64,000 nt of DNA, taken from assembly GCA_965198045.1 (NCBI GenBank), contig CBDAOL010000011.1:130704-194703 (forward strand), written 5' to 3'. This DNA is from Dehalococcoidia bacterium. Lineage in GTDB: Bacteria; Chloroflexota; Dehalococcoidia; UBA2979. A model generated the notes under the pieces. The model was not told the origin of the DNA and did no database searches. It saw only the letters and a program-made list of their open reading frames with translations. The translations under genes were made by a program, and so were the position numbers. This document shows positions 49,707 to 59,219 of this stretch, in pieces; position 1 is the first letter of the stretch; every line of letters starts with the position of its first letter.

Positions 49707-51424
49707 GCGACCAGCGCCCGGTCACCTTCGGCGAGATCCTCGACGCCTGCCTCGGCGACATCGCCAGCGGCCGTCGCAGCGTCGAGGAGTGCCTGCTGCG
49801 GCACCTGGAGCTGCGCGACGAACTCGAGCCGCTGCTGCGCGCCGCGGCCGAGATGCGCCAGCTGCCGCGTTACGAGGAGCGCTCGCCCGACCCGGCCCGC
49901 CGCACCAGCCTGCTCGCAGAGCTCGCCTCGACGCCGCAGCAGTCGTCGCGGTGGCTCCGCTGGCCCCCCTTCGGCCTGCCGGCGCTGGGCCCGATGGCGC
50001 GCGGGCTGGCCTACGCGGCTCCGGCAGCAGTGTTCATCGTCTTCGCCCTCTTGCTGTTCTCGGGCCGCGAGTCCAGCACCGCCCAGGCCTCGTCGCTCGC
50101 GGTGTACAGCGGCGCCGTGGAACGCCTCGATGGCGACGAGTGGCGCGCCCTCGCCGACGACAGCGAACTCGGCGAGGGCGATCACCTGCGCACGACCGGC
50201 GAGGGGCGCGCGCTGATCACGTTCATCGGTGGCTCGACCGTGGCGCTCGAACCCGGCACCGAACTCGTGCTCCTCCGCGTGCGCAGCGACGACGGCGTGC
50301 GCACGATCGAACTCGAGCAGGTCAGCGGCGCACTCTGGAGCCACGTCCTCAGCGCCGCTCCGACCGAGGGCGCCAGCTACCTCGTACGCACGCCCGACGC
50401 ACTGGTGCGTGCCGACGGCACGGCGTTCTCAACCGAGGTCCGGCCCGGCGAGACCGAGGTCACCGCCGCGGAGGGCAGCGTGGACGTCGAAGCGAACGGC
50501 GAGCGCGTCACGCTCGAGGCGAGCGAGTCCGTCGTCGCTCGCGCCTCGACGGACCAGCGGCTGACCGCCCGGACGCCCACGGAGGCGAGCACGCTCACCA
50601 TCGACGCCCCGTTCGCCGCCTCCGTCGTCTCGCAGCACGGCCAGGCCACGGGCGTCCAGCCCGAGGGTGACGTGCACCTGCATCTGCCCGGCGCCACGAC
50701 CACGATGCCCGATATCCGCGGGCCGCAGCAGCTGCGGTTCCTCGCAGGGTTCCCGCCGGGCGAGTACACGCTGATCCTGCGTCGTTTCGACGACGGTGAG
50801 GGCGCGCTGGTCATCCGCGACGCGAACGGCACGGTCCACCGCGTGCCGATCGACCGCGACGTCAACACCGAGCTGCGCCTCGTCGTCCGCGTCACCCGAA
50901 CCGACGGGGCGGTCAACATCGAGGTGCTGGCTGCCGACGCGCGCCCCGCGCCGGCCGACGTCACCGAGACCCTGCCGACGCCACGCCCTGAGCCGACATC
51001 GGCAGCGACCGATCGGCCGACTGCGACCGCCACGGCCGCGACCGACTTCTCCTCCGCACGCGAAGAGCTGGTGCGCCGCCTCGGCGCCGAGTACCTGGCG
51101 ACGCTGGCCAGCGCGCTGCAGAGCGGAGACGCCGAGGCGCTGACGCAGGCCCTACGCGCCGCAACCGAGGGCGACGCCGCCGTCGCGAAGCTGCTGGTCC
51201 TCCGCGAACAGCTGCAGAACCGCACGATTCAGCTGCGCATCATCCAGGTGCTAGGCCTGCGCGCCTCGCTGCCGCTCTCGCTGTGGCTCGACCAGGGCGA
51301 AGGCAACCTCGAACGGCTGCGCGCGGCCATACTCGTCGCGCTCGACCGCGCCGAGGCCGACAGTCCGCTCGAAGACCCCGCCGGCGGCACCTCGGACGCC
51401 CCAACCCGCGACGACGCGCGCTAG
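49703..51424 (+). CDS. Anti-sigma-factor-like protein: N-terminal zinc/anti-sigma helix, one TM helix, FecR-like beta domain and long extracytoplasmic tail
   Basis: ATGA overlap with the sigma gene; TM helix AAPAAVFIVFALLLF; FecR-like repeats (GDHLRTTGEGRALITFIGGSTVALEPGTELVLLRV…). Confidence 0.65.
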   Translation: MSDQRPVTFGEILDACLGDIASGRRSVEECLLRHLELRDELEPLLRAAAEMRQLPRYEERSPDPARRTSLLAELASTPQQSSRWLRWPPFGLPALGPMARGLAYAAPAAVFIVFALLLFSGRESSTAQASSLAVYSGAVERLDGDEWRALADDSELGEGDHLRTTGEGRALITFIGGSTVALEPGTELVLLRVRSDDGVRTIELEQVSGALWSHVLSAAPTEGASYLVRTPDALVRADGTAFSTEVRPGETEVTAAEGSVDVEANGERVTLEASESVVARASTDQRLTARTPTEASTLTIDAPFAASVVSQHGQATGVQPEGDVHLHLPGATTTMPDIRGPQQLRFLAGFPPGEYTLILRRFDDGEGALVIRDANGTVHRVPIDRDVNTELRLVVRVTRTDGAVNIEVLAADARPAPADVTETLPTPRPEPTSAATDRPTATATAATDFSSAREELVRRLGAEYLATLASALQSGDAEALTQALRAATEGDAAVAKLLVLREQLQNRTIQLRIIQVLGLRASLPLSLWLDQGEGNLERLRAAILVALDRAEADSPLEDPAGGTSDAPTRDDAR

Positions 51425-51581
51425 CTCTCGACGAGGTACAAGGTGCACCGCTTCGCGGGGTCGCGCGGGTTACCCGCCCGGACGCGCAGCCTCACGAGGG
51501 GGGCGTTGGGTGATAGAACGGTTGTTCTGCTAGGCTGGCAGGATTGAGCGGATAGCGCCGGTACGGCACGTTGACTCGCGA

Positions 51582-52400
51582 TTGAAACTCGACCGAGCGC
51601 GTCACCACACGCACGAGCTGGCCGAGTTGATCCGCGCGTTCATCGTTAAGGAGCCGTTCCAATTGGTCGCGCACGAGGACCCTGCGACGAGGGACCTTAT
51701 CTACCGCGTAGCGATCGACGAACAGCCGCCGATGGAGTGGGCGACGGTCTTAGGTGATGCGGTGCACAACCTTCGTTCCGCGCTCGACCTAATGGCTGTC
51801 GCGCTAGTCGCCGAGAACTCCGGCCCGCAGGCTGTTACCCGCAAGACCGCCTACCCCGTCAGCGACGACGAGCGCACTTTCAAGCGAAGTGGGATCCGTC
51901 TCCTAGACGGCGCGAGCGACAGAGCACTCCGATTGACGCGGCTCCTCAAGCCGTACGCGGGCGGGTGCGACACTCTCTGGGAGCTTCACGTGCTCGATAT
52001 CGACGACAAGCACAAGCTGCTCGTACCGGTCGGAGCTGCGCTTCGCGGGTTCACGCCTCAATTCAAGGTGGAGGGCTTTCCAGACGATCTGTTCAAGAAA
52101 TTCAACGAGACGATCGTCATTGAGCCCGCGAACAACCTATTCCCGCTCCGGGACGGAGACGTGGTGTTCAAGGTGGCTGCGGCTGCGCGAGACTCCAGCA
52201 CTATCCCTAGCCATAAGATCCACTTCGATGTGGCGTTCGCCGACGGAACAGGCAGGGCGGTGGAGGGCGAGCAGGTGCTGCAGACACTCGATCGCTACGC
52301 CTTGCTCGTCGATCGCGTGATCGGCGTGTACGAGCGACACGGCTTCCCCAGCAAAGAGGCGACGGGCTTCGCGCTAAGCAACGTCCGGGGTAGGTCCTAG
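51582..52400 (+). CDS. Orphan hypothetical protein (about 222-272 aa) with atypical composition (about 60% GC; TTA, CTA, AAA and ATT codons)
   Basis: No family recognised; TTG start at 51582 or ATG at MEWATV; flanked by unrelated genes. Confidence 0.5.
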   Translation: MKLDRARHHTHELAELIRAFIVKEPFQLVAHEDPATRDLIYRVAIDEQPPMEWATVLGDAVHNLRSALDLMAVALVAENSGPQAVTRKTAYPVSDDERTFKRSGIRLLDGASDRALRLTRLLKPYAGGCDTLWELHVLDIDDKHKLLVPVGAALRGFTPQFKVEGFPDDLFKKFNETIVIEPANNLFPLRDGDVVFKVAAAARDSSTIPSHKIHFDVAFADGTGRAVEGEQVLQTLDRYALLVDRVIGVYERHGFPSKEATGFALSNVRGRS

Positions 52401-52525
52401 GCCCACCCCGCTCGATTGAACGTCGGTACAATGCCCTCAGCGCGTCGATCCTCGGCCGAACGAACGATAACTAGTCTGGCAGCTACTCTTCGCCGTTCTC
52501 CGGCTCCTCGACGCGCGCTGCAGCG

Positions 52526-53626
52526 CTAGTCGCCGGCGATGCGGGCGTCGGTTGCCAGGCGTTCGAGGCCGCCGGTGTCGTTCTCCTCGAGGAAGAGGCG
52601 GCGCGCCGGGTAGTTGATCGTGATGCCCTCGGCGTTGAGGCGGGCGTGCACCCCTTTGATCATCAGGTGCGAGACGCTTCCGAGGTTGCGTCGGTCGTTC
52701 GCTCGCACCTTCATCAGGAAGTCGATGTTCGAATCGCCAAAGCTCTGGAAGAGGAACACCGGCTCGTGGCTGCGGACGGTGAACGGCGAGGCGTCGCGGA
52801 CTCCGCGCAGCACCTCGCGGCAGACCTCTTCGACGCGCTCCAGGTCCTCCTCGTAGGCCACACCGCAGGTGACAGCGGCGTCGACGGGTTCGCCCTCCGT
52901 GTCGAAGTTCGTCACCGTCGAGTCCGCGAGCGAGGCGTTGGGGATGATCACGATGTTGTTCGAGAACGTGCGGATGCGGGTCGCGCGCCAGCCGATGTCC
53001 TCGACCCAGCCGCTCGGCCCGCCTGACACCTCGATGAAGTCGCCGTTGCGAATCGAGGAGTCCGAGATCAGGAACGAGCTGGCGAAGATGTTCGACAGCA
53101 GCGGCGACACCGCCAGGGCCACGGCCAGACCGCCGAGGCCGAGGCCAGTGAGCAGCGGGTTGATGGCGATCCCGACCGTGTCGAGGATGACCAGCACCGC
53201 GATCAGGATCAGCAGGACGTTGACCACGCGCGTCACCATCGGCAGCGTGCGTACGTCCAGGATCTCCGCCGCGCCCTCCTTGCCGGCGAGCCAGCCGATG
53301 AAGCCGAGCACGATCGAACGCACCGCGATGAAGAAGAGCGCCACCGTCGAGCTGACATAGATGCGGTCGATGATGTCGCGCTGGCCGTCCAGTTCGCTGA
53401 TGGTGCGGGCGGCGAGATAGAGCCCGAAGACTACGATGCCGAAGATCAGCGGCGTCCGCAGCGCGTCCGCCAGCAGATCGTCCAGTTCGGTCTCCGTCTG
53501 GTGGAAGAAGCGCTGCACGATCCGCCGCAGCAGCGCCGCAGCGATACGCGCGAGGATGAACGCGCCGACGACGATGCCGAGGGCGCTCCCTGCCTCGATG
53601 GCGTCGTCGCGGGTGAAACGATCCAT
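52526..53626 (-). CDS. Mechanosensitive ion channel (MscS family)
   Basis: Start MDRFTRDD; three TM helices plus MscS beta-domain (…IRNGDFIEVSGGPSGWVEDIGWRATRIRT…). Confidence 0.85.
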   Translation of the reverse strand: MDRFTRDDAIEAGSALGIVVGAFILARIAAALLRRIVQRFFHQTETELDDLLADALRTPLIFGIVVFGLYLAARTISELDGQRDIIDRIYVSSTVALFFIAVRSIVLGFIGWLAGKEGAAEILDVRTLPMVTRVVNVLLILIAVLVILDTVGIAINPLLTGLGLGGLAVALAVSPLLSNIFASSFLISDSSIRNGDFIEVSGGPSGWVEDIGWRATRIRTFSNNIVIIPNASLADSTVTNFDTEGEPVDAAVTCGVAYEEDLERVEEVCREVLRGVRDASPFTVRSHEPVFLFQSFGDSNIDFLMKVRANDRRNLGSVSHLMIKGVHARLNAEGITINYPARRLFLEENDTGGLERLATDARIAGD

Positions 53627-53720
53627 GCCGCCATGATATAGGCACTTGCGTAAGCGGATCAGCCCTTTCGCTGATGTATGATCGAAAAGATCGAGGCACC
53701 ACAGCGGCCCTGGAACCGGA

Positions 53721-54569
53721 GTGCAGACGATGTTCGCGACCATCAGACACACCTTCGAGTTGATGAAGACCAGCTGGCGAGTCCTGATGAAGGACCGCGA
53801 GCTGATCCTGTTCCCGATCATGTCCGGCATCGTCCTGCTGGTGGTCGTCGGTGGATTCCTCGCCGTGGCGGCCTCGACGGGCAGCCTCGATCGGCTCGAT
53901 GCGGCGACGCAGGGCGGCGGCAGCGAGGAGGCGCAGGCCGGCGACTACATCCTCGGCGCGGGGCTGTACGCGGTGGCCTACTTCGTCGTGATCTTCTTCA
54001 ACGCAGCGCTGATCTCGGCAGCGCTCGAGCGGTTGCGCGGCGGCGACCCGAACGTCGGTTCAGGCCTGCGGCACGCCTCGGCGCACCTGCCGCAGATCAT
54101 CGGCTGGGCGATCATCGCAGCGACCGTCGGGCTGATACTGCAGATCGCGCGGAGCCGCACCGACAATTTCCTCGGCCGGATCGCCCTCAGCATCGTCGGA
54201 GGCGTGTGGGCGTACATGACGTTCTTCGTCGTGCCGGTCCTCGTCTCCGAGGGCATCGGACCGATCGCGGCGATCAAGCGCTCCGGTTCGCTCTTCTCGA
54301 AGACCTGGGGTCGCCAGTTCACCGCTTCGTTCGGCTTCGGCCTGGTCTACATCGTGGCCGTGATCATCGCGATCATCCCGGCGGCGATCATCTTCGCCGT
54401 CGCACCCGTCGTCGGCCTCATCGTCGGTGTGTTCACCATGGCCATCGCGATCGGCACCGTGCAGGCCCTCGAGGGCATCTTCAAGGCCGCGCTCTACGAG
54501 TTCTCCAACGGCGAGGTTCCGCTCGAGTTCGATCGCAACGACCTGCAGGGCGCCTACGGCGCGATGTAG
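53721..54569 (+). CDS. DUF6159-like integral membrane protein
   Basis: 282 aa, about six TM helices; the family name is tentative. Confidence 0.55.
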   Translation: MQTMFATIRHTFELMKTSWRVLMKDRELILFPIMSGIVLLVVVGGFLAVAASTGSLDRLDAATQGGGSEEAQAGDYILGAGLYAVAYFVVIFFNAALISAALERLRGGDPNVGSGLRHASAHLPQIIGWAIIAATVGLILQIARSRTDNFLGRIALSIVGGVWAYMTFFVVPVLVSEGIGPIAAIKRSGSLFSKTWGRQFTASFGFGLVYIVAVIIAIIPAAIIFAVAPVVGLIVGVFTMAIAIGTVQALEGIFKAALYEFSNGEVPLEFDRNDLQGAYGAM

Positions 54570-54593
54570 GTCAGTCTGTGGTCGGGCTGTCGG

Positions 54594-55211
54594 TCAGGCG
54601 GCCCCGCCGCCCTCGAGGAGCCGTTGCGCCGCTTCGAACTCCTCGGGCGTGTTCACGTTGAGGAACGATCGGCCCTCGGGGTCGGCGGCGCGCCACGTCG
54701 CCTCCTCGATGCGCGCAGCGTCGAGGTCATCCGCGGCCGCCATCGGCGCGCGGTCGCCCGCGGCGATGTGCGCATCGAGCACGTCGAGGGCGTTCGTGGC
54801 GAAGGCGGAGCAGAGCGGCTGGGGGCGGCCCTCCGCGATCGGGAGCGCCCAGCGCGCACCCTCCTGGACGCGCTCCGCCAGCATGCGCAGCAGGGACGGC
54901 TGCAGGAACGGCATGTCCACCGCGACAACGATTGCGACCGACGTCGAGGCGGCGCGTAGCCCGTCGGCGATGCCGACGAGCGGTCCCTCGCCTTCGATCG
55001 CGTCCTCCGCCTCGATGATCGGGACGTCGAGGTCGAGCGGGGGCAACTCCTGACCGGGCGCCCGCACCACGACGATCTCGTCGGCCACGGCGGTCAGCGC
55101 CTCGGCGGTGCGCTGCAGCAGGGTCGATCCGTCGAAGACGAGCGCGGCCTTGTCGCGCCCCATCCGGCTTGATCGCCCGCCGGCGAGCACCACGCCCGAG
55201 ACCATCGCCAT
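54594..55211 (-). CDS. mobA: Molybdenum cofactor guanylyltransferase MobA
   Basis: VVLAGGRSSRMGRDKAAL N-terminal motif; about 200 aa. Confidence 0.8.
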   Translation of the reverse strand: MAMVSGVVLAGGRSSRMGRDKAALVFDGSTLLQRTAEALTAVADEIVVVRAPGQELPPLDLDVPIIEAEDAIEGEGPLVGIADGLRAASTSVAIVVAVDMPFLQPSLLRMLAERVQEGARWALPIAEGRPQPLCSAFATNALDVLDAHIAAGDRAPMAAADDLDAARIEEATWRAADPEGRSFLNVNTPEEFEAAQRLLEGGGAA

Positions 55212-55284
55212 CGTCAGATTGCCTTCGCCGCTCCCGCTGGTGGATGATCGCGATCATCGCAGGTCAAGCGGGGGTGTCGCGACG

Positions 55285-56043
55285 GTGAAGCTCTGGGATG
55301 CACTCGACCTCGACGCCGGCGCCCAGCCGCCGGTCGTCGCCGTCGTCGGTGGCGGCGGCAAGTCGTCGCTGATGTACCGCCTGGCCATCGAGGCGGTTGC
55401 GCGTGGCCGCACGGCGGTGATCGCCGGCACAACGCGCTTCACCGGGCCCAGGCCACCGTTCCCGCAGCTCCCACGTGTCGAGGGCGAGGAGGCCGCGCTG
55501 GTCGAGGCGGTGACGCGCGCCCTCGAGGATTCGCCGGCCGTCATCGCCGTCCCCGGCCACGAGCCGAAGTCGCGCTTCGCTGCGATGAACATCGAGACCG
55601 TCGAGGCGATGGCCCGCGTCGAGAGCCTCGGGCTGCTGGCCCTCGAGGCTGACGGCAGCCGGCTGCGGTCGTTCAAGGCGCCCGCCGAACATGAGCCGGT
55701 GATTCCGCCGGCCGCCACGCACGTGTGCGTCGTCGTCGGACTCGCAGCCCTCGGCGCGCCGCTTGACGACGAGCACGTGCACCGCTCGGAGCGCGTGCGC
55801 GCGATCGTCGGCGACGAGCCGGTCGTCACCGCCGAGGTGATCGCCGCGGTCCTCGCGAGCGAACAGGGCGGCCGTCGAGGCGTCGGCGAACGCCGCTACG
55901 CCGCCGTCATCAACCAGGCGGACCGTGACCTCGACGCCGCGCACGGGCTGGCCGAGGCGGTGCGCGCCGCCGGTGTCGAGCGCGTCGTGGTGGCGTCGTT
56001 ACGCGAGGACGACCCGGTGCACGCGGTGTTGACGAACCCATGA
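55285..56043 (+). CDS. yqeC: YqeC-like selenium-dependent molybdenum-hydroxylase accessory protein (start uncertain, GTG at 55285)
   Basis: P-loop-like VVAVVGGGGKSSLMYRLA typical of YqeC; divergent from mobA. Confidence 0.6.
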   Translation: MKLWDALDLDAGAQPPVVAVVGGGGKSSLMYRLAIEAVARGRTAVIAGTTRFTGPRPPFPQLPRVEGEEAALVEAVTRALEDSPAVIAVPGHEPKSRFAAMNIETVEAMARVESLGLLALEADGSRLRSFKAPAEHEPVIPPAATHVCVVVGLAALGAPLDDEHVHRSERVRAIVGDEPVVTAEVIAAVLASEQGGRRGVGERRYAAVINQADRDLDAAHGLAEAVRAAGVERVVVASLREDDPVHAVLTNP

Positions 56044-56115
56044 GCCTGTGACCCGCCGCACCGTCAACTCGTGTCGCGCTCGATACGATAGAGGTGCTCC
56101 GAGGAGGCCTCGACG

Positions 56116-56640
56116 ATGTCCGAACTTACCGAGTTCCGTCACGAGAAAGATGCGTTCTTCGGCACCGACCAGCAGTCCCCGCTTACCCACGACCAGCGCC
56201 ACGGCTTCGCCGGCCTCGACTACTACGACGAGAACGGGGCGCTGGCGCTCACCCTGGAGCCCGAGGTCTTCGAACAGCCCGAGACGATCGAGATGCAGAC
56301 CAGCACCGGCGACCTCGCCCGCTACCAGCGCTGGGCGCGCGTCAGCTTCGAGGTCACCGGCGCGCCAGCGTCCTTGACGATCTACCGTGATGTCGAAGGC
56401 GGTGGCCTGTTCCTCCCGTTCCAGGATGCGAACGCGGGCGGCGACACGTATGGCGCGGGCCGCTACCTCGACGTTCACCCCGTCGAGGGCGGGCGGCTCC
56501 TGATCGACTTCAACTACGCTTACAACCCCTACTGCGCCTACAACGAGCGGTGGTCGTGCCCGATCCCGCCCGCGGAGAACCGTCTCGCCGTGGCGATCGA
56601 GGCGGGTGAGCGCACCTTCGAGCACACGCGTAGGTCGTTC
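56116..56640 (+). CDS. DUF1684-domain protein (3' end approximate; the ORF reads through to 57306, probably by a frameshift)
   Basis: …DAFFGTDQQSPLTHDQRHGFAGLDYYDENGALAL…GAGRYLDVHPVEGGRLLIDFNYAYNPYCAYNERWSCPIPPAENRL matches DUF1684. Confidence 0.65.
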
Positions 56641-56661
56641 GTCAAACGCCGAGTTCGAGGG

Positions 56662-56841
56662 CTAGCCGGCGACGGGCGCCAGGCAGTCGGGATGCCCGCA
56701 GCCGCACGCGGTCGAGCCGTTCGAGCAGTCGCAGCTGGGCCCGCACTCGCCGTCGCCGAGGAGGCCGATACGCCGCAGGAGCTGCAGTCCGACGCCGAGA
56801 ATCACGCCGAGGAAGACGAGGCGCCTGAGCTGCCGGAACAT
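56662..56841 (-). CDS. 59-aa Cys-rich small membrane protein (one TM helix plus C-x3-C-x-C-x6-C-x-C-x4-C tail; FeoB-associated Cys-rich membrane protein-like architecture)
   Basis: MFRQLRRLVFLGVILGVGLQLLRRIGLLGDGECGPSCDCSNGSTACGCGHPDCLAPVAG; AAGGA 13 nt upstream of the ATG; immediately downstream of the ABC exporter on the same strand. Confidence 0.45.
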   Translation of the reverse strand: MFRQLRRLVFLGVILGVGLQLLRRIGLLGDGECGPSCDCSNGSTACGCGHPDCLAPVAG

Positions 56842-56946
56842 CGATCGGGCGTCCTTCACCTGTTGCGCGCGTGGAGCGCCATTCTGCCAGCCACATCACG
56901 CTGCTGCCAGTGTGGCCGGTTACATGCGACGTCGAGCAGTCCGCGG

Positions 56947-58760
56947 CTAGTCGCCCCCCGCCACTGCGTCGGCAACACCGTCGGGCGTCGGCAGCCGTTC
57001 CTCGTCGGAGAACTGCTCGCGATAGAGCGATGCGTAGAGCCCGTCCAGGGCCAGCAGCTCCTCGTGCGTCCCGCGCTCGACGACGTGGCCCTGGTCCAGG
57101 ACGAGAATCATGTCGGCCGCGATCACCGTCGAGAGTCGGTGCGCGATCACCACGGTCGTGCGTCCACGCGCCAGCTCCTGTGTCGCGCCGCGAATCTCGC
57201 GCTCGAGCTTGGTGTCGAGCGAGGAGGTGGCCTCGTCGAGGATCAGGATCGGCGGGTCGTTGAGCACCGCCCGCGCGATCGCGACGCGCTGCTTCTCGCC
57301 GCCTGACAGCCGGTACCCGCGCTCGCCGACCACCGTGTCGAGGCCGTCCGCGAGCCGCTCCACGAGGCTATCGAGGCCGGCGGCGCTGGCGGCGGACTCC
57401 ACCTCGGCCTCCTCCGCGGGCCGTAGCGGATGTTGTCGCGCAGCGAGGCGTGGAAGAGGTAAGTCTCCTGCATCACTGTGCCGATCGCTCGGCTCATCGA
57501 GTCGAGCGTCAGCCCGCGCACGTCGTGGCCGTCGATCCGCACCGACCCCTGCTGCGGGTCGTAGTAGCGCTGCATCAGGTAGGTCATCGTCGTCTTGCCC
57601 GCTCCGGAGGGACCGACCAGCGCCACCATCTGCCCCGGCGAAGCCCGGAAGGAGACGCTGTCGAGGGCGGGTGCGCCGCGCTCGGTGTACAGGAACTGCA
57701 CGTCACGGAACTCGATCGTACCGGCCGGCGCCTCCAGCCGGTGCGCGTCGGGCGCCTCCTCCACCTCCACCGGCATGTCGAGGTACTCGAAGATGTGCTC
57801 GAACAGCGCGAGCGAGGAGAGCATGGTCGTGTTGATGCGGGCGATCATCTGGAAAGGGCCCGAAGACCTGTGTCAGCGCCGCGAAGGCAACGATCTCACC
57901 TGTGCTGATACTGCCGTTTGTGACCGAGATGCCGCCGAGCCAGTAGACGACCGCCACCGAAACGAGCCCGAACAGCGACGAGGCCATGTTGAACCATCGC
58001 CCTGCGATCAGCCGTCGGATCGAGAGCTGCCGCAGCTGCTGGTTCGACTCCTCGAACCGCTCCGCCTCGTACTCCTCGCGGCCGAACGTCTTGACGAGCA
58101 TCGAACCTGAGACCGAGAGCGTCTCCTCGAGGTTGGCCGACATCTTCGACGATTCTTCATGCCATTCGAGCATCAGGCGACGCTGGTGCAGGCCGACGCG
58201 AACGGTCGGGTAGACCCAGAGCGGCAGCACGACGATCACAATGATCGCCAGGCGCCAGTCCAGCATGAACATGATCCCCGCGGCGATCGTCAGCGTGACG
58301 AAGTTGCGGAGGAACTCGGTGAAGGTTCCGGTCACCGCCTGTTGCATCGCGTTCACGTCGGTCGTGATGCGCGACAGGATCTCGCCGGTCCTCGTCGCGG
58401 TGAAGAAGCGAACGGACAGACGTTGCAGATGGCCGTGCAGCGATGAGCGAACGTTGTACATCACGCCCTGGCCGACGTGCTGGTTGAGGTAGCCCTCGAG
58501 GACGCCGAGCAGGCCAGAGGCGACGTACATCGCGACCATCACCGTCGCGAGCACGCCGATGCGGGATGCGGATCCCTCGGCGCCGAGCCCCATCTCGTTC
58601 ACGATCTCGCCGATCAGCAGCACCGGTGCGAGGTTCAGCGCGACCGTCACGACGATCAGCACGATCAACGCGACGAGTTGCAGCTTGAACGGCGCGAACA
58701 GCCCCGCGGCGCGCCCGGCGATCTCGAGTTTCGACCCTCGGGCCGGCCCATGCGCATTCG
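56947..58760 (-). CDS. ABC exporter, fused TMD-NBD (MsbA/MdlB type), split by two frameshifts (near 57400 and 57850)
   Basis: TMD in ORF 57703..58854; Walker [10 protein letters not shown] in ORF 57243..57848; signature [14 protein letters not shown] and Walker [10 protein letters not shown] in ORF 56947..57402. Confidence 0.8.
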
Positions 58761-58765
58761 GCGCA

Positions 58766-59152
58766 TCAGCGCGCCCCGCCGCTGCCGTCGGCGTCGGCGT
58801 CGGCGTCCGCCTCGATCGGCACGAAGTCGATGCGCAGCTCATGCCCCATCGCACGCGCCGCGGCCGAGATCGTGCTCAGCCGAGGTTCGCGGCGGCCGGA
58901 CTCGATGGCGCTGATGATGCTCTGCCGACGCCCCATCCGTTCCGCCAGCTCCGCCTGTGTCAAACCGGCCTCGTCGCGCATCGCGATCAGCTTGGACACG
59001 GCGTCGAAGCGCGGCTTCATCAGCTCGTACTGCTCGCGCACCTGAGGAAACTCATCGAGCAGCAGCTCGCGCGCCTGCGCGGCCGCCTCGGCGCTTTCGC
59101 CGTTACCTCGACGGCTGTTACGCCGGCGCCGTCCACGTCGTTCCGCCACCAT
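58766..59152 (-). CDS. XRE-family helix-turn-helix transcriptional regulator
   Basis: GLTQAELAERMGRRQSIISAIESGRREP HTH_3 motif; Asp/Ala-rich C-terminus. Confidence 0.75.
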   Translation of the reverse strand: MVAERRGRRRRNSRRGNGESAEAAAQARELLLDEFPQVREQYELMKPRFDAVSKLIAMRDEAGLTQAELAERMGRRQSIISAIESGRREPRLSTISAAARAMGHELRIDFVPIEADADADADGSGGAR

Positions 59153-59219
59153 CGCAACCCCCTCGAAGGTTTGAGTACAGAACTACGATATCACGCAAAC
59201 AGGATATGGGGATACTGCG

